Shown here: in pieces, positions 49,408-58,830 of the stretch
Layout of the letters: every line of letters begins with the position of its first letter
How positions within the stretch are numbered: position 1 is the stretch's first letter
NCBI GenBank assembly: GCA_030747675.1
Contig: JASLKH010000035.1
Coordinates: forward strand, 6,943 to 70,942
Length of the DNA: 64,000 nt
Source: Candidatus Thalassarchaeaceae archaeon
GTDB taxonomy: Archaea; Thermoplasmatota; Poseidoniia; Poseidoniales; Thalassarchaeaceae
Direction of reading: 5' to 3'
Notes under the pieces: model-generated
The model's database searches: none
Told to the model about the DNA's origin: nothing
Seen by the model: the letters and a program-made list of their open reading frames with translations, nothing else
Position numbers and translations under genes: made by a program

Positions 49408-50421
49408 GTGACCACCGGACTAGATGTACAATCGTGTAGTCGATGTGACAATCCTGCAACAATTCATCAAATCTACAGTGGGCAGCATCTTTGTGGAATG
49501 CATCTTTCACAATCAATTCGAAAACGTGTTTCAAAAGCACTACGAACTCAATTGGTATTGCCAAGTAATGCTCGTGACGAAGAAGGGAATCCTTCTGTAA
49601 TATTGGTTTGTATATCGGGTGGCAAGGATTCCGCGGTTCTATTAGACATGTTAGTACGAATTGTGGGCGATCGAAGAGATATTGAGTTAGTCTGTGGTTG
49701 TGTCGATGAAGGAATTGATGGCTACCGTTCACCATCAATGGAGTGTGCTAGAGAATTGGCTGGAAAGCATGGTCTGAGATTCGAAACAATTGCGTATCCA
49801 GAGTTGGGATTCGAACGAATGGATGAAGTGGTGAAATGGATGCCACTAATTGGGGAGAATCATCGAGAGGCTCGAGGAATGAAGTCTTGCTCATATTGTG
49901 GTGTTTTTCGCCGTCAAGGATTGAATGCTTTAGCAGAACGAATTGGGGCGAAATGGATGGCATTGGGACATAATCTCGATGATATGGCTCAATCTGTATT
50001 GATGAATCTGCAAAAAGGGGAAATGGAACGTATCATTCGTTTAGCACCACATACTGATTTTCCATTAGAAGGCCTTGCTCCGAGAATTGTTCCTTTACGT
50101 TGGATTCCTGAAAGAGAAATCCATGCTTATGCGATGGGGGCCAAATTACCATTCCATCACGAAGATTGCCCGCATGCACCAGGAGCGTTGCGTCAAAAAC
50201 ATCGGGCTCATATTGCTGAAATGGAAGCTCAAAACCCTGGGACAATGCATGGATTATTGCATTCAATGGATGCGATTAGAGCATTGTGGGCTTCAACAGA
50301 AAATCCCCCTGAATCTTGGAAACAGGGGCAAGCGAGACCCTGTACTAACTGCGGAGAACCTACTAGCCAACCAATTTGTCAAGCATGCCTATTCAAAGAA
50401 TGGTTGAAAGAAGCCATGTAA
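49408..50421 (+). CDS. ncsA: tRNA 2-thiolation PP-loop ATPase (NcsA/Ncs6/TtuA family) with N- and C-terminal zinc ribbons
   Basis: The PP-loop SGGKDS is present. N-terminal CxxC...CxxH and C-terminal CTNCGEP...CQAC zinc ribbons are present. The start is GTG. Confidence 0.75.
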   Translation: MTTGLDVQSCSRCDNPATIHQIYSGQHLCGMHLSQSIRKRVSKALRTQLVLPSNARDEEGNPSVILVCISGGKDSAVLLDMLVRIVGDRRDIELVCGCVDEGIDGYRSPSMECARELAGKHGLRFETIAYPELGFERMDEVVKWMPLIGENHREARGMKSCSYCGVFRRQGLNALAERIGAKWMALGHNLDDMAQSVLMNLQKGEMERIIRLAPHTDFPLEGLAPRIVPLRWIPEREIHAYAMGAKLPFHHEDCPHAPGALRQKHRAHIAEMEAQNPGTMHGLLHSMDAIRALWASTENPPESWKQGQARPCTNCGEPTSQPICQACLFKEWLKEAM

Positions 50422-50892
50422 TCAAATAAGATTGTTAGCCAAATCACTCATTTCTTGAGGTCGGCCGCAATACCTACACCTAACTTCAAGTGGGTCTGAT
50501 TTGACAACCTTGAGCCTGTGGTCAAGAGGCTCTCGAGAATTTTGTGTTATGCAGTTGGTAAATGTACAGCGTGCGATATTGACAAGTTCTTTGCCCAAAT
50601 CAACCGTCCTCTTCTCTGCAACAGCATATGAGCGTATAATGGCAACATTGGCATGTGGGGCTATTAAGGCCAAGCGATCTAATTCATCTTGCGTTAATTC
50701 TCGGTCCTCAACTTTGATGATGTCTTTTCGACCATGTTTAGAAGAGGGGACATTCATTACCAAACTGATTGGGCTTGAACGGCCTCCATCTAATCCAAGC
50801 ATTCGCAATACACCCATAGCAGAACCAGATGGAATATGATCAATTACCGTGCCATTATTAATTGCAGTTACACGACGCATTTCAGACATCAA
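50422..50892 (-). CDS. pyrI: Aspartate carbamoyltransferase regulatory subunit
   Basis: The C-terminal zinc domain (C..C...CRYCG) and its length and position after pyrB (4-nt overlap) fit PyrI. Confidence 0.85.
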   Translation of the reverse strand: MMSEMRRVTAINNGTVIDHIPSGSAMGVLRMLGLDGGRSSPISLVMNVPSSKHGRKDIIKVEDRELTQDELDRLALIAPHANVAIIRSYAVAEKRTVDLGKELVNIARCTFTNCITQNSREPLDHRLKVVKSDPLEVRCRYCGRPQEMSDLANNLI

Positions 50893-51836
50893 ACATCACC
50901 ACCCGGGATTGTTACGCCCAACAACTTACACATCAGTGACATGCGAGCCACTACGCCATTGAACGCTTGTTCAAAGTAGCGGGCATGCCGGGTGGAATCG
51001 ATATCTGGATTGATTTCATTTACACGAGGAAGTGGGTGCATGATAATCATCTCACCTTTAGCTCCAGCAAGATCCGAGGCCTCAAGACAGTAAATTCCTG
51101 CAACCTTAGCATATTCATCTTCATCTGGGAATCGTTCTTTCTGTATCCGGGTCATGTAAATGACATCTACCTCTGGAATGGCTCCATAAAGGTCTTCTGT
51201 AATCATAATATTTGCACCGTGAGATGTCAAGTCTTCAACAATTTCATCCGGCATCGATAATTGAGCAGGGGAAATAAAAATTAATTCACAATTAAATCTT
51301 GAAAGTGCGTGAGACAAACTGTGAACTGTACGGCCATATCGTAAATCGCCAACTAATGCAACCTTCAACCCATCCAATTTTCCAAATTCTTGCTGTATTG
51401 TGAATAGATCAAGAAGTGTCTGAGTAGGATGATGTCCAGCCCCATCGCCACCATTCATGATTGAGATAGAACAAGCATCTCCTGCATACTGTGCTGCACC
51501 TTGTCTTGGATGGCGAAGTGCCGCAATGTCGCAATATCCATCCACCATTCTCATCGTATCATACAGAGTTTCTCCCTTTACAGCGCTACTTGATTTCACA
51601 TCACCTAGATTGACAACATCACCACCTAAGCGCTTCATTGCTGTCTCAAATGACATTCTAGTACGAGTGCTTGGTTCAAAAAACATGTTCGCCAAAAGTT
51701 TGCCCTGTAGCAGAGGAAGATATTTTTCGCCCCGTGCAACTGGTAAGAGTCGTTCAGCATCATTGAGGAGAGACAATATCTCCTCGTTCGTCAGGTCGTC
51801 CATTGTGATGAGGTCCTTATTCATCCGTCCCGCCAA
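50889..51836 (-). CDS. pyrB: Aspartate carbamoyltransferase catalytic subunit
   Basis: ATCase motifs are present (STRTR, HPLPR). The ORF is 315 aa. Confidence 0.9.
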   Translation of the reverse strand: MAGRMNKDLITMDDLTNEEILSLLNDAERLLPVARGEKYLPLLQGKLLANMFFEPSTRTRMSFETAMKRLGGDVVNLGDVKSSSAVKGETLYDTMRMVDGYCDIAALRHPRQGAAQYAGDACSISIMNGGDGAGHHPTQTLLDLFTIQQEFGKLDGLKVALVGDLRYGRTVHSLSHALSRFNCELIFISPAQLSMPDEIVEDLTSHGANIMITEDLYGAIPEVDVIYMTRIQKERFPDEDEYAKVAGIYCLEASDLAGAKGEMIIMHPLPRVNEINPDIDSTRHARYFEQAFNGVVARMSLMCKLLGVTIPGGDV

Positions 51837-51946
51837 TTTAGTCCGTTAGACCCCCGGACTTATTCATTGGGGTCGGAGCAAGAGGCGATTCCTATGGAAT
51901 CGGAAGCCGAAGGACTTGAAGAGTAAGCGCTAGGTCGGAGGACTCG

Positions 51947-52939
51947 ATGATAATCAGTCGGACACCCGTTCGTGTCTCATTTTGCGGAGGAGGAACCGAC
52001 CTCCCTGCATATTATTTGAACAGTGAAAACGGTGGACTGGTGACTTCTTTCGCATTATCAAAACATATTCATGTTACAGTAAACAAGCGATTTGATGATA
52101 GCGTACGAGTCAGTTATTCTCGCACAGAAATTGTCGACGACTTTGAAAATATTGAACATGAGTTAGTTCGTGAGGCGATGAGAATGACTGGAGTAACCTC
52201 TGGAATCGAAATTACCACCATTGCAGATATCCCCTCCCGAGGCACAGGATTAGGATCTTCATCTACATTGACTGTTGGATTATTGAACGCTTTGCATACC
52301 TTTGCTGGAAGGAATCCGGATGCAACGCAACTAGCTGATGAGGCTTGCCAAATAGAAATGGAAATTCTCGGTCAGCCTATTGGACGCCAAGATCAGTATG
52401 CCGCCGCTTTCGGTGGAGCGAATCAAATTTCATTCATGCAAGATGATTCAGTAATTGTCACACCGCTAAATATGAAGCGTGAAGCAATAAAGGAGCTTTC
52501 AGAGGCATATTTCCTAGTATATACTGGGCTAACGCGAAAGGCCTCAGATATTCTAACAAAGCAATCAGCATCGAGTGAAGAGAGAAGGGGGGAATTAAAT
52601 TCACTAAGACAACAAGCTGTTGATGTTAGAACTGCTCTAGAACAGGGAAAGCACCACACTGTTGGAGAACTTCTTGATGCATCTTGGAAAATCAAGAGAG
52701 AATTAGTCACAGGAATAACGGGGCAAGAATTAGATACATTATACGAGAAAATAATCGAAATGGGTGCGACTGGGGGGAAATTACTTGGCGCAGGCGGTGG
52801 TGGATTTTTCTTATTCCATGCACCGTCTGGTGTGCGCGAAAAGGTTGCAGAGATGCTCGAGTCAAAACACCGTATTCTACCACTAACAGTAGATACTATT
52901 GGTTCAACAATTATCTTCGATGATGGGGCTCGATTGTAG
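51947..52939 (+). CDS. GHMP-family sugar kinase (HddA/heptose-7-phosphate kinase-like)
   Basis: A GHMP N-terminal motif (RTPVRVSFCGGGTDLPAYY) and the ATP-binding P-loop (PSRGTGLGSSSTLTVGLL) are present. GGAGGA lies 5 nt upstream. Confidence 0.65.
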   Translation: MIISRTPVRVSFCGGGTDLPAYYLNSENGGLVTSFALSKHIHVTVNKRFDDSVRVSYSRTEIVDDFENIEHELVREAMRMTGVTSGIEITTIADIPSRGTGLGSSSTLTVGLLNALHTFAGRNPDATQLADEACQIEMEILGQPIGRQDQYAAAFGGANQISFMQDDSVIVTPLNMKREAIKELSEAYFLVYTGLTRKASDILTKQSASSEERRGELNSLRQQAVDVRTALEQGKHHTVGELLDASWKIKRELVTGITGQELDTLYEKIIEMGATGGKLLGAGGGGFFLFHAPSGVREKVAEMLESKHRILPLTVDTIGSTIIFDDGARL

Positions 52940-52948
52940 GGTGAAAAT

Positions 52949-55210
52949 ATGCGTAAGGCAATGATTTTTGTACTTATTATGTTGGTTTCAATAATTCCAA
53001 TACAAGCCAAAGTATATGCCGAATCATACTCAACAGCAAAAGATCATGAATTTATCCATTTATCATCGCAGTTCGCACCTGGTGCGGTCCTATTGTTTGA
53101 TGAAAATGGGACAATTTTTTCTGTTAATGCACACATCCCAATTGATTTACAATTGGAACCAAAAAATTGGACCCTTGTGCGGATGTTTGATGGTGTACCC
53201 CAAGTGGAACGTATGCATTTTAATAGCGATAAAAACGTTACGAGTTTTCTAAACATCACTATCGAAAATCCCCTAGAAATTGATGGATTAGCACATATTA
53301 ACATACTTGGACCAATTGCTGAAATCACCCCTTCCGATGCAATTTGGAATTCATCTACTTCTATTCCCAACACACTCGGGCATCCAGGTTTACCAAACGC
53401 ACATTTAGGCATAACAAGTCAAATTGAAATTGAATTTGAAAATAATTTCACTGCCTTTGAATCATGGGTCGTTACAAATACAAGTGTCGGTTGTTGCTCT
53501 TATGATCGCACAGAAATGACCGTTCAGGATTTGGAAATTACAGTCAATGCCCCCACTCTAGGGCTGAATGGATCATGGGGGTGGTCAACAATTGCAAACC
53601 TTACAGGTCAAGGCGATGGCCGAAGTACTCGATTGCTGTGGGTCCCAATTACTGGCGAATTAATTGACTCAACTGATTTGAGAATTACATTACCTACGCC
53701 TCATGAAATTAGATTCTCTCCTCAGGAACAGTATATTTCAGGACTACCATATGACTTTACAATACACAGAGGTGAAATTCCAGTTACTGGTAACGTAACT
53801 ATCGCTTTGGGCCATAATTCACCTCCAACTTCCTATTTCAGTTCCCAAAATCGGCAAATTCCTTTTTTACCAATTGCAGGAGTATCCTACATTGATGCTC
53901 AATGTGATGATAATTCCATTACCAAACCAAGTTCTCGTTTTGTGCTTCGAAATGGGAATCAGACAATGCTGGATGAGTCTGTTGAAGTGTTGCCTATTGA
54001 CCCTATTTATCACGGAATAACACCTGGATCCACACTCAATTTGACATTAGAATGTACCGACCCACAAGGGCTAATGTCGAATTTTTCAGTTGATTTGTAC
54101 TTTGATGGCATACCTCCATCTAGAATGTTGAATATGCAATATCTACACCCTGAAGATGGGGTGCCTGTTGATATCTCTCACGGGCAAACCGAATTCAGTA
54201 TTCCATCAGGTTCAGTAATTAGTGGATCAGTACAGTCAACAGATGAATCAACCTCTGCGGTCGATATTATTTGGACCTCCAACAAAACATCAGGATGGAA
54301 ACATGAAGCAATGAATAATATGGCTTGGAATGATCTCTTTGTTCAAGGACCTCAAATCAATGGTCAGCATCTTTCTGTGGAAGAAAGACATCAAGAGAAA
54401 CCACTTACAGTATATCATTTACAACTCAACCTTAGTGATGCTGCTGGTAATTCATTGATTCAATCATGGGATGTTACTGTTACAGACCGGACGCCCCCCC
54501 ATCCACGACCTGCTCTCAGCATTGATGCTCAATACTATGGTGAATTAAATCACCCTATTGAAGGCGGTTCGAATGTAGATGTAGATTTATCTCAATCATG
54601 GGATGACATCAGTGCAATCACCGCATTGTCGTGGGAAGTCTCACTGAATGGTGAACCACTAGACATCGGTACAACTTGGGAAGATGTTGAAACCTTTGCA
54701 TTACCAACATTACCCTCTGGCCGTCATGTTTTGGTTGTCAATGCAACCGATGCTGCAGGAAATATTGGAACTCATTCGTCCTTAATCGAAGTTGAGCCGC
54801 CTGTTGGTCCATTCTTTTCAATTGTCGATGTAGTCGTGATTGGGAATGATGAGCCAGGAGAACCTGGTGTATTGGATATCACAATTGAAAATTCGGGGCA
54901 GGGAGAATATGAATTGAGAATCTGTTATTTGGAAACATGTACTGTTAATCTAACTGCAGTTCAAGCAACAGTCAATGGACCTGCAAATATGACCCATAGG
55001 ATCGCATTTGAAGAATGGAATTCAGGTGAGGTTACTATTCGTTTAGAAATTGAAGATGGCACTGTAATTGAACATGATACTGGGATAAGAATTGAAGCGA
55101 AATTGTCCCCATTGCACTGGCTTTTACTACTTGCTCCTTTACTATGTGGTTTGTGCGTACTTTGGTATGTTGGTTCTAAAGATCGAGGAGATTCAAATAA
55201 ATCGGATTAA
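52949..55210 (+). CDS. Large secreted surface protein (753 aa) with Ig/PKD-like repeats and a C-terminal TM anchor
   Basis: A signal peptide is present (MIFVLIMLVSIIPIQA). The body is beta-rich and Thr/Asn/Gly-rich. The C-terminal helix LLLAPLLCGLCVLWYVG is followed by a short tail. Confidence 0.5.
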   Translation: MRKAMIFVLIMLVSIIPIQAKVYAESYSTAKDHEFIHLSSQFAPGAVLLFDENGTIFSVNAHIPIDLQLEPKNWTLVRMFDGVPQVERMHFNSDKNVTSFLNITIENPLEIDGLAHINILGPIAEITPSDAIWNSSTSIPNTLGHPGLPNAHLGITSQIEIEFENNFTAFESWVVTNTSVGCCSYDRTEMTVQDLEITVNAPTLGLNGSWGWSTIANLTGQGDGRSTRLLWVPITGELIDSTDLRITLPTPHEIRFSPQEQYISGLPYDFTIHRGEIPVTGNVTIALGHNSPPTSYFSSQNRQIPFLPIAGVSYIDAQCDDNSITKPSSRFVLRNGNQTMLDESVEVLPIDPIYHGITPGSTLNLTLECTDPQGLMSNFSVDLYFDGIPPSRMLNMQYLHPEDGVPVDISHGQTEFSIPSGSVISGSVQSTDESTSAVDIIWTSNKTSGWKHEAMNNMAWNDLFVQGPQINGQHLSVEERHQEKPLTVYHLQLNLSDAAGNSLIQSWDVTVTDRTPPHPRPALSIDAQYYGELNHPIEGGSNVDVDLSQSWDDISAITALSWEVSLNGEPLDIGTTWEDVETFALPTLPSGRHVLVVNATDAAGNIGTHSSLIEVEPPVGPFFSIVDVVVIGNDEPGEPGVLDITIENSGQGEYELRICYLETCTVNLTAVQATVNGPANMTHRIAFEEWNSGEVTIRLEIEDGTVIEHDTGIRIEAKLSPLHWLLLLAPLLCGLCVLWYVGSKDRGDSNKSD

Positions 55211-55258
55211 GGCATATAATACACTCATCATGGCGTACTTCTCTTAGGCATTCAGGGT

Positions 55259-57010
55259 TTGGGTGGGGTAATGGCGGCACTGGATTCACTACCTTCGCAA
55301 ATTGATGCGGAGATAGGTAAGCAGCATGAACGCATTACATCTTTAGCCTTATTTTGTGCACTTGCTACAATTTCATCGGCTGCATGGTACATATGGCCAG
55401 CAATCGATGGAGATGCGCAACTGTTTGATCGATTAGGTGCAGTTAGTCTACTCCTTATCGCAGCTTTACTTTTGCAAGACTTAGCTGAACCTGATGCCCG
55501 AGCACGAGGGCGATTAGGTGCCTCCAGTTCTTTAGCCTGGCCTGCCTTGATGATTTTAGGTATTGATGTTGTATCAACTAATGGTTCAACTCAATTAGGT
55601 CATGGGTTCATGTTTGTAGTAGCCGGATCCTGTTTGTATGGGTCAAGATATCTGCTACAGGGTAGCCTTGAAGCACAACGATTTCGGGGCATCATGACAA
55701 TTGGAGGATTTACAATTGGGACTGCTATTCTAATGTCTAACTTACCAAATGGATCTACACTTTACTTGGGGATTTTATTACTTTCAATCACAATTACTTC
55801 AGCAATTATTGATTTATTTAGTGGCGATGACAATCGAAAAGAGAGAAAGAGATTTAGTCAAACTCTAGATAAATTAGAAATGAGAATTTTAGAATTACAA
55901 GCACAAGGTGTTGGCTTGGATCAAGCCGCATCTCTATGCAGGAATGCTGCTGATGTTGGATACAAAGATCCATCTCATGGATTCAGCATTTTGGAAGAGG
56001 CTGAAGAAAATATTGAACGGACTCTGGCACTAGCAGAAGATATCAGTGAAATTCGTGATGTATGTGCTGCCACTGTCAATGAGGCTTCCAAAATTGCCCC
56101 ATTGGCTAAAAAACCTCAGCGGTCAATGGATGCTGGAGCAAGAGAACAAGATTTAGGGAGTCTGCGTGAGGCTGAGCAATTATTCCGTCGGGCAAAGAAA
56201 TTAGCACTCAACATCATCAAGCATTGGGAAAATGCTGACAATCAAATTATAGAATCAAGCAAATTGATTTCTGGACTTGGAGGAAGTCAACATGAACAAT
56301 TACACGAACTATTACGACAAGCAAAAGAGGCTATGGCAAACGAAGATTGTCTATTAGCCTTGGAAATTGCGGAAACTATACCAGAACATGTAGCCAACCT
56401 TGGCCAAGCATCTGATGGGGCAAAGGTAGCCTATGATGAAGCCATAAAAATAATGGAAGAATCAGAAGGACTCGATCTAACACTATGGGATGAGCGACTA
56501 GAACAAGCAAAAGCGCATTTGGATTCAGGAGACTTTAGTCTCACTCGGGGAATAGCTGATGGCATCATTCGTGAAGTTCGAAAAGAGCGTGGAGCAATGG
56601 GTGATGTTCAACGTGCACTGCGTCAGAAGAAAACAATCAGAGGCCGCTGGAAAGGAAGAGATGATGCTGATACATGGGGTTCCCGTCTGAAAAATATTGA
56701 AGATGCTACCAAACGTAAATCTTGGTCACATGCCGCAACACTTCTAGAACGATTAACTTCTGACCTCGATGCGTTAGATGCTGCCAGTGGGGATGCCAAT
56801 GAACTATTGACTTACGTTCAAAATGAATGGACTGAACTTCGAAAGAAATTAGAAAGTCGTGGCATCAAAGCAATTGATGGTGAACGGGCAGCTTGTGAAA
56901 AAGCAGTTGGAGCCGCCCATGAAGGATACAAAACTGGTAATCTTGAAGAATGTCTATCAGCTTTAGGTCAAGCAGATGAATTAATGGAAAAATTGCGACG
57001 ACGTGCCTAA
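55259..57010 (+). CDS. Membrane protein with an N-terminal polytopic domain and a C-terminal alpha-helical repeat/coiled-coil domain
   Basis: The 583-aa ORF has about 6 hydrophobic helices in its first ~200 aa, followed by a long charged helical region. Confidence 0.45.
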   Translation: MGGVMAALDSLPSQIDAEIGKQHERITSLALFCALATISSAAWYIWPAIDGDAQLFDRLGAVSLLLIAALLLQDLAEPDARARGRLGASSSLAWPALMILGIDVVSTNGSTQLGHGFMFVVAGSCLYGSRYLLQGSLEAQRFRGIMTIGGFTIGTAILMSNLPNGSTLYLGILLLSITITSAIIDLFSGDDNRKERKRFSQTLDKLEMRILELQAQGVGLDQAASLCRNAADVGYKDPSHGFSILEEAEENIERTLALAEDISEIRDVCAATVNEASKIAPLAKKPQRSMDAGAREQDLGSLREAEQLFRRAKKLALNIIKHWENADNQIIESSKLISGLGGSQHEQLHELLRQAKEAMANEDCLLALEIAETIPEHVANLGQASDGAKVAYDEAIKIMEESEGLDLTLWDERLEQAKAHLDSGDFSLTRGIADGIIREVRKERGAMGDVQRALRQKKTIRGRWKGRDDADTWGSRLKNIEDATKRKSWSHAATLLERLTSDLDALDAASGDANELLTYVQNEWTELRKKLESRGIKAIDGERAACEKAVGAAHEGYKTGNLEECLSALGQADELMEKLRRRA

Positions 57011-57053
57011 ATGAAGCACTGCATATTGTGATATTTCTACAAGAGTTCTTGAT

Positions 57054-57815
57054 TCAATAACTCATTCTCTCGAGTTGTCGACCAATTGCTTCTTCCATTG
57101 ATATTCTACCCACAGCAACTGAACGAGCAAGTCTCTGTGAAACCGTAACTCGCCCCCCTGATTGGATCCTACTCAATCGTTGAATCTCTTTTACTTCCCC
57201 ATGTGTGGGTTTAACTGGTTGTTTAGAAACTATTGGTTGACCTTCGATGCTTGCAATTCTTACTGCGGAAGCGTGATGCTGGTTGCGATGGAGTCCTTCT
57301 GACGTCCGCCTTTCATCCACACGCTCAACAGGAATGCCTCGTGCGAGACAAATATTGGCTAGTCGATTTGAAATTGTAGGTGAACCATCGCCTATGCGAA
57401 CCGTCATATCCACGTGTTCAATATCAGATGTTAAAAAGCAAATTTGATCGATAGTTGAATCTACTGACTCAAACTGATTCGTACCTAATACTCGACCATC
57501 TCCCATCCAAGCCAGTCCGGGGCGAGGGCCAGGGTCAATGCCAAATGTTAGTTGACGAACTTTACCACCTTGTGATACTAATCTCAATGCACGATCTATC
57601 GCAGATTCAACAGATTCAAGGGTAGCGCCAATTCCAAGTGGATCTGCTGCTGCTTCTACTTCAGCGTGAGATGCAATCCAAACTCTAGTCGATGGTGGTA
57701 AAGGAGTGTCTCTTTCGAGATGTGCACAACGTACTTTCCTACGCTTCAAACCTGCTAACAATCGGTATGCCAGACGGAAGTCTGCCGTGCGAACGACTAC
57801 TTCACCCACACGCAC
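57054..57815 (-). CDS. Hypothetical protein, possibly a DUF99/UPF0215-like or RNase-H-like-fold nuclease
   Basis: The 253-aa GC-rich ORF has a GTG start with GAGGT upstream. The motifs FGIDPGPRPG, VDSTIDQI and GIPVERV weakly resemble UPF0215/DUF99 proteins. This assignment rests on memory, not a search. Confidence 0.3.
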   Translation of the reverse strand: MRVGEVVVRTADFRLAYRLLAGLKRRKVRCAHLERDTPLPPSTRVWIASHAEVEAAADPLGIGATLESVESAIDRALRLVSQGGKVRQLTFGIDPGPRPGLAWMGDGRVLGTNQFESVDSTIDQICFLTSDIEHVDMTVRIGDGSPTISNRLANICLARGIPVERVDERRTSEGLHRNQHHASAVRIASIEGQPIVSKQPVKPTHGEVKEIQRLSRIQSGGRVTVSQRLARSVAVGRISMEEAIGRQLERMSY

Positions 57816-57943
57816 CCGTACCTCTGAAGATAGTCAAACCTTCGCATTAATTCTGGCCGAAAATTGAACTTTACAAAAAAATCAAGCGGTATCACGGGGT
57901 TTTAGCGAACACTGTAATAGCCGCGGATGTGCCGGATACTCTG

Positions 57944-58579
57944 ATGGCCTCGTCCTATGAACGAGAATTGCGAGCAGTTCTAGCCGGTTCTGCTGATGGA
58001 GTTCGGGCTGTAACAAGATCGTGTACCGAACTACAACGTGCTAGAGCGATGCAAGTAATTGAAAGGCCATTCCTCGTTGTAAGGGCTGCTGGAAGCGGCA
58101 TGGATGGAAGTGGAGATCTCTTGGCTTTACGCGGAGACATTTGCTTCCCAATTGAAGTGAAAACTAGAGCCGACAAAAAAGTGTATCTTTCCGGACAAAT
58201 GTGGGACCAATATGAATCAATGCGTAAAATTGGAGAACGCTGTGCTCTCATGCCGTTGTATGCACACAGATTGAAAGGTGTTCGAGGAGATTCTTGGCGA
58301 ATTTTTAGGATTGATACTGATAATCTGTCGGGACCTCTAGCTGCTCTATCAAGAAGAATTCCCACACTTCCATTGACTCGAACTGGAAAACCCCATTTGG
58401 ATTGGGATGAAGGGCTCCCCTTACACCAGTTCCTTGGAGTCGTTTGTCGAACTACTGAAAATAATGGATTGTCAAGATTAGTACAAGATGCGCTATCAAT
58501 CAAGATAGAAGTAGATGCCAAATCCAAAGAAATTGAAAATCTTCCTCTACCTTCATGGATGGAAAGATTTCATTCGTAA
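57944..58579 (+). CDS. hjc: Holliday junction resolvase Hjc (archaeal PD-(D/E)xK) with a C-terminal extension of about 70 aa
   Basis: An Hjc core is present (YERELRAVLAG...RAAGSG...DLLALRGDICFPIEVKTRADKKVYLS). I trimmed the start from the GTG at 57929 to the ATG at 57944 (MASSYERE). Confidence 0.7.
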   Translation: MASSYERELRAVLAGSADGVRAVTRSCTELQRARAMQVIERPFLVVRAAGSGMDGSGDLLALRGDICFPIEVKTRADKKVYLSGQMWDQYESMRKIGERCALMPLYAHRLKGVRGDSWRIFRIDTDNLSGPLAALSRRIPTLPLTRTGKPHLDWDEGLPLHQFLGVVCRTTENNGLSRLVQDALSIKIEVDAKSKEIENLPLPSWMERFHS

Positions 58580-58583
58580 TTAG

Positions 58584-58756
58584 TCACTTTCCAGCAAGTT
58601 CATTTTCAAGCCTTTCAATAATGACCGCTTGCTGGCCAATATCGCGGGCAACTCGTTTGAAATTGGCCTGTTCCAACATACGACGAATAGCATCTCGGTC
58701 ACGAAGAAGGGTATTGACTCGTCGCTGTGTTCTTCGGTTATCATCGGACTCCGTCA
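58584..58756 (-). CDS. Possible small protein (57 aa) not in the ORF track
   Basis: I translated the minus strand by hand: MTESDDNRRTQRRVNTLLRDRDAIRRMLEQANFKRVARDIGQQAVIIERLENELAGK. It is charged and helical and lies between hjc and the site-2 protease gene. Confidence 0.2.
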
Positions 58757-58830
58757 TATTAGTCGGATTGGGGCCTAATTCTTCAGCACTCCCCCCGACC
58801 CTTCAAGAATAACCCCCTTGAGCCAAGGGT

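Noticed and set aside
57054-57815. RNase HII identity for the GIDPG-containing protein
   Set aside because: The downstream RNase HII motifs (DSK, the catalytic D/E spacing) are absent. The weak resemblance is more DUF99-like.
58555-58812. 85-aa plus-strand ORF after hjc
   Set aside because: It overlaps the hjc 3' end and its product is Ser/Arg/Leu-rich. The minus-strand 57-aa ORF in the same region is more protein-like.
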